From an uncultured archaeon (GTDB lineage: Archaea; Thermoproteota; Nitrososphaeria; Nitrososphaerales; Gagatemarchaeaceae), in the NCBI GenBank assembly GCA_963799775.1, contig CAWCYD010000003.1:352001-416000 (forward strand): a DNA stretch of 64,000 nucleotides, in the 5' to 3' direction. Positions within the stretch are counted from its first letter, which is position 1, and each line of letters starts with the position of its first letter. A program made the position numbers and the translations under genes. Below, piece after piece: positions 62,840 to 64,000 of this stretch. The notes beneath the pieces are model-generated. The model did no database searches. It saw nothing but the letters and a program-made list of their open reading frames with translations, and had not been told where the DNA came from.

Positions 62840-64000
62840 ATGGAGCGCGCACCCTCTCAGGCCAGCCTGCCGTTCGACCCGGGCTCGTGCAATCTCAGGG
62901 TCGGATTGGAGATCCATCAGCAGCTAGCCACAAGCACCAAGCTGTTCTGTCCTTGTCCTCCGATGAAATCCGACGAGCTGCCTCTCTCCTTCGAGAGGAG
63001 GCTCAGGCCCACGCAGAGCGAGCTGGGACAGATCGACCCGGCCGCCGTGTTCGAGTTCAACAAGGGGAGGGCGAACGTCTACAGGGCCAACCCAGAGTCC
63101 TCATGCCTGGTCGAGGCCGACGAGGAGCCCCCGCACCCGCCGAATGCAGACGCTATCGAGACGGCTCTGATAATGGCCCATGTTCTGGGGTCGAGTGCTG
63201 TGGACGAGGTCCATGTCATGCGAAAGATAGTGATCGACGGCTCGAACACCTCGGGCTTCCAGCGGACCGCCATCATCGCGCTGGGTGGAGCACTCCGAGT
63301 GGGGCCTTCCACCGTCGGAGTACAGACGATCACCGTCGAGGAGGACTCCTCGAGGGTCCTCAAGGAGACCTCTCAGGCCAGGGAGTACGCCCTCGACAGG
63401 CTGGGAGTCCCGCTGATTGAGATCGCCCTGGACCACGTCGTGGGCGTGCCTGAACAGGTGGAGGCGATAGCCCTCACGCTCGGAAGGTCGTTGAGGTCCA
63501 CGGGGAGGGTAGCGAGAGGTCAGGGAACGATTCGACAAGACCTCAACGTCTCGTTGCTCGGTGGTCAGGTCGTGGAGGTGAAGGGAGTGCAGAAGCTGAA
63601 CCTCCTCGCCAAGGTCGTGCGCTACGAGGCCATCCGGCAGATGGGCATGGTCAAGATAGCGGAGGAGATCAAGAGAAGAGGCCTCGTCGAGGCGAGGTGC
63701 ACCTCGAAGGATGCGCGGGCAGCGCTTGAGAAGACAGAGTCCCCCATCCTGAGGCGTCTCCTGCAAAAGGGCGGAGCGGTGGAGTGCATCTCGGTCCCGA
63801 AGTTCGCGGGCCTCTTCGGGTACGAGCCGTTCCCTGGAATCCGATTGGGCAAGGAGCTCGCGGAGATCGCGAGGACGAACGGGCTTGGAGGCGTGATCCA
63901 CTCGGACGAGTTTGCGAAGCAGAGGATAGCGGAGAGCGAAGAACGCGCCCTCCGGGCGCTCACTGGATCCGATCAGGATGCGGGGTTGGTGCTGGTCGGA
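62840..64000 (+). CDS. gatE: Glu-tRNA(Gln) amidotransferase subunit E, truncated by window edge
   Basis: Manual translation: VGLEIHQQL..TKLFC, SCLVEADEEPPH, MRKIVIDGSNTSGFQRT, LDRLGVPLIEI, TIRQDLNVS. Confidence 0.95.
   Translation, partial: MERAPSQASLPFDPGSCNLRVGLEIHQQLATSTKLFCPCPPMKSDELPLSFERRLRPTQSELGQIDPAAVFEFNKGRANVYRANPESSCLVEADEEPPHPPNADAIETALIMAHVLGSSAVDEVHVMRKIVIDGSNTSGFQRTAIIALGGALRVGPSTVGVQTITVEEDSSRVLKETSQAREYALDRLGVPLIEIALDHVVGVPEQVEAIALTLGRSLRSTGRVARGQGTIRQDLNVSLLGGQVVEVKGVQKLNLLAKVVRYEAIRQMGMVKIAEEIKRRGLVEARCTSKDARAALEKTESPILRRLLQKGGAVECISVPKFAGLFGYEPFPGIRLGKELAEIARTNGLGGVIHSDEFAKQRIAESEERALRALTGSDQDAGLVLVG

Noticed and set aside
47-63963. Numerous long antisense or alternate-frame ORFs in the track (e.g. 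1926-3188, 24333-26075, 36154-37560)
   Set aside because: Shadow ORFs expected at high GC; they overlap well-supported genes and lack motifs.

Overview
GC-rich archaeal chromosome segment. The gene set (smc-scpA-scpB-rps8e-srp19-gar1-tfb-TFE-beta; rnhB, fibrillarin, nop5, rps30e, elp3, gatDE) best fits a TACK archaeon, probably a non-ammonia-oxidising Nitrososphaerota; this is inference. It holds a fatty-acid/acyl-CoA catabolism cluster (1.7-17.3 kb), a thiamine-related ECF/ThiR locus, pyrG, a cupredoxin/Rieske/cytochrome b respiratory island (29-38.6 kb) and many informational genes. Roughly 30 one- or two-base indels split otherwise intact genes and look like long-read sequencing errors, so many ORF-track calls are fragments or false fusions. 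The main discovery occurs twice. Two free-standing, AT-richer LAGLIDADG homing-endonuclease genes each sit directly upstream of, and overlap, a conserved gene (rnhB and rps30e). Each host gene is interrupted 35 nt after an apparent non-AUG start by a tiny insertion (29 nt and 19 nt) that folds into a canonical bulge-helix-bulge. Removing it at the canonical tRNA-splicing-endonuclease cut sites restores the reading frame and the conserved motif exactly. These are candidate mRNA micro-introns paired with homing endonucleases.
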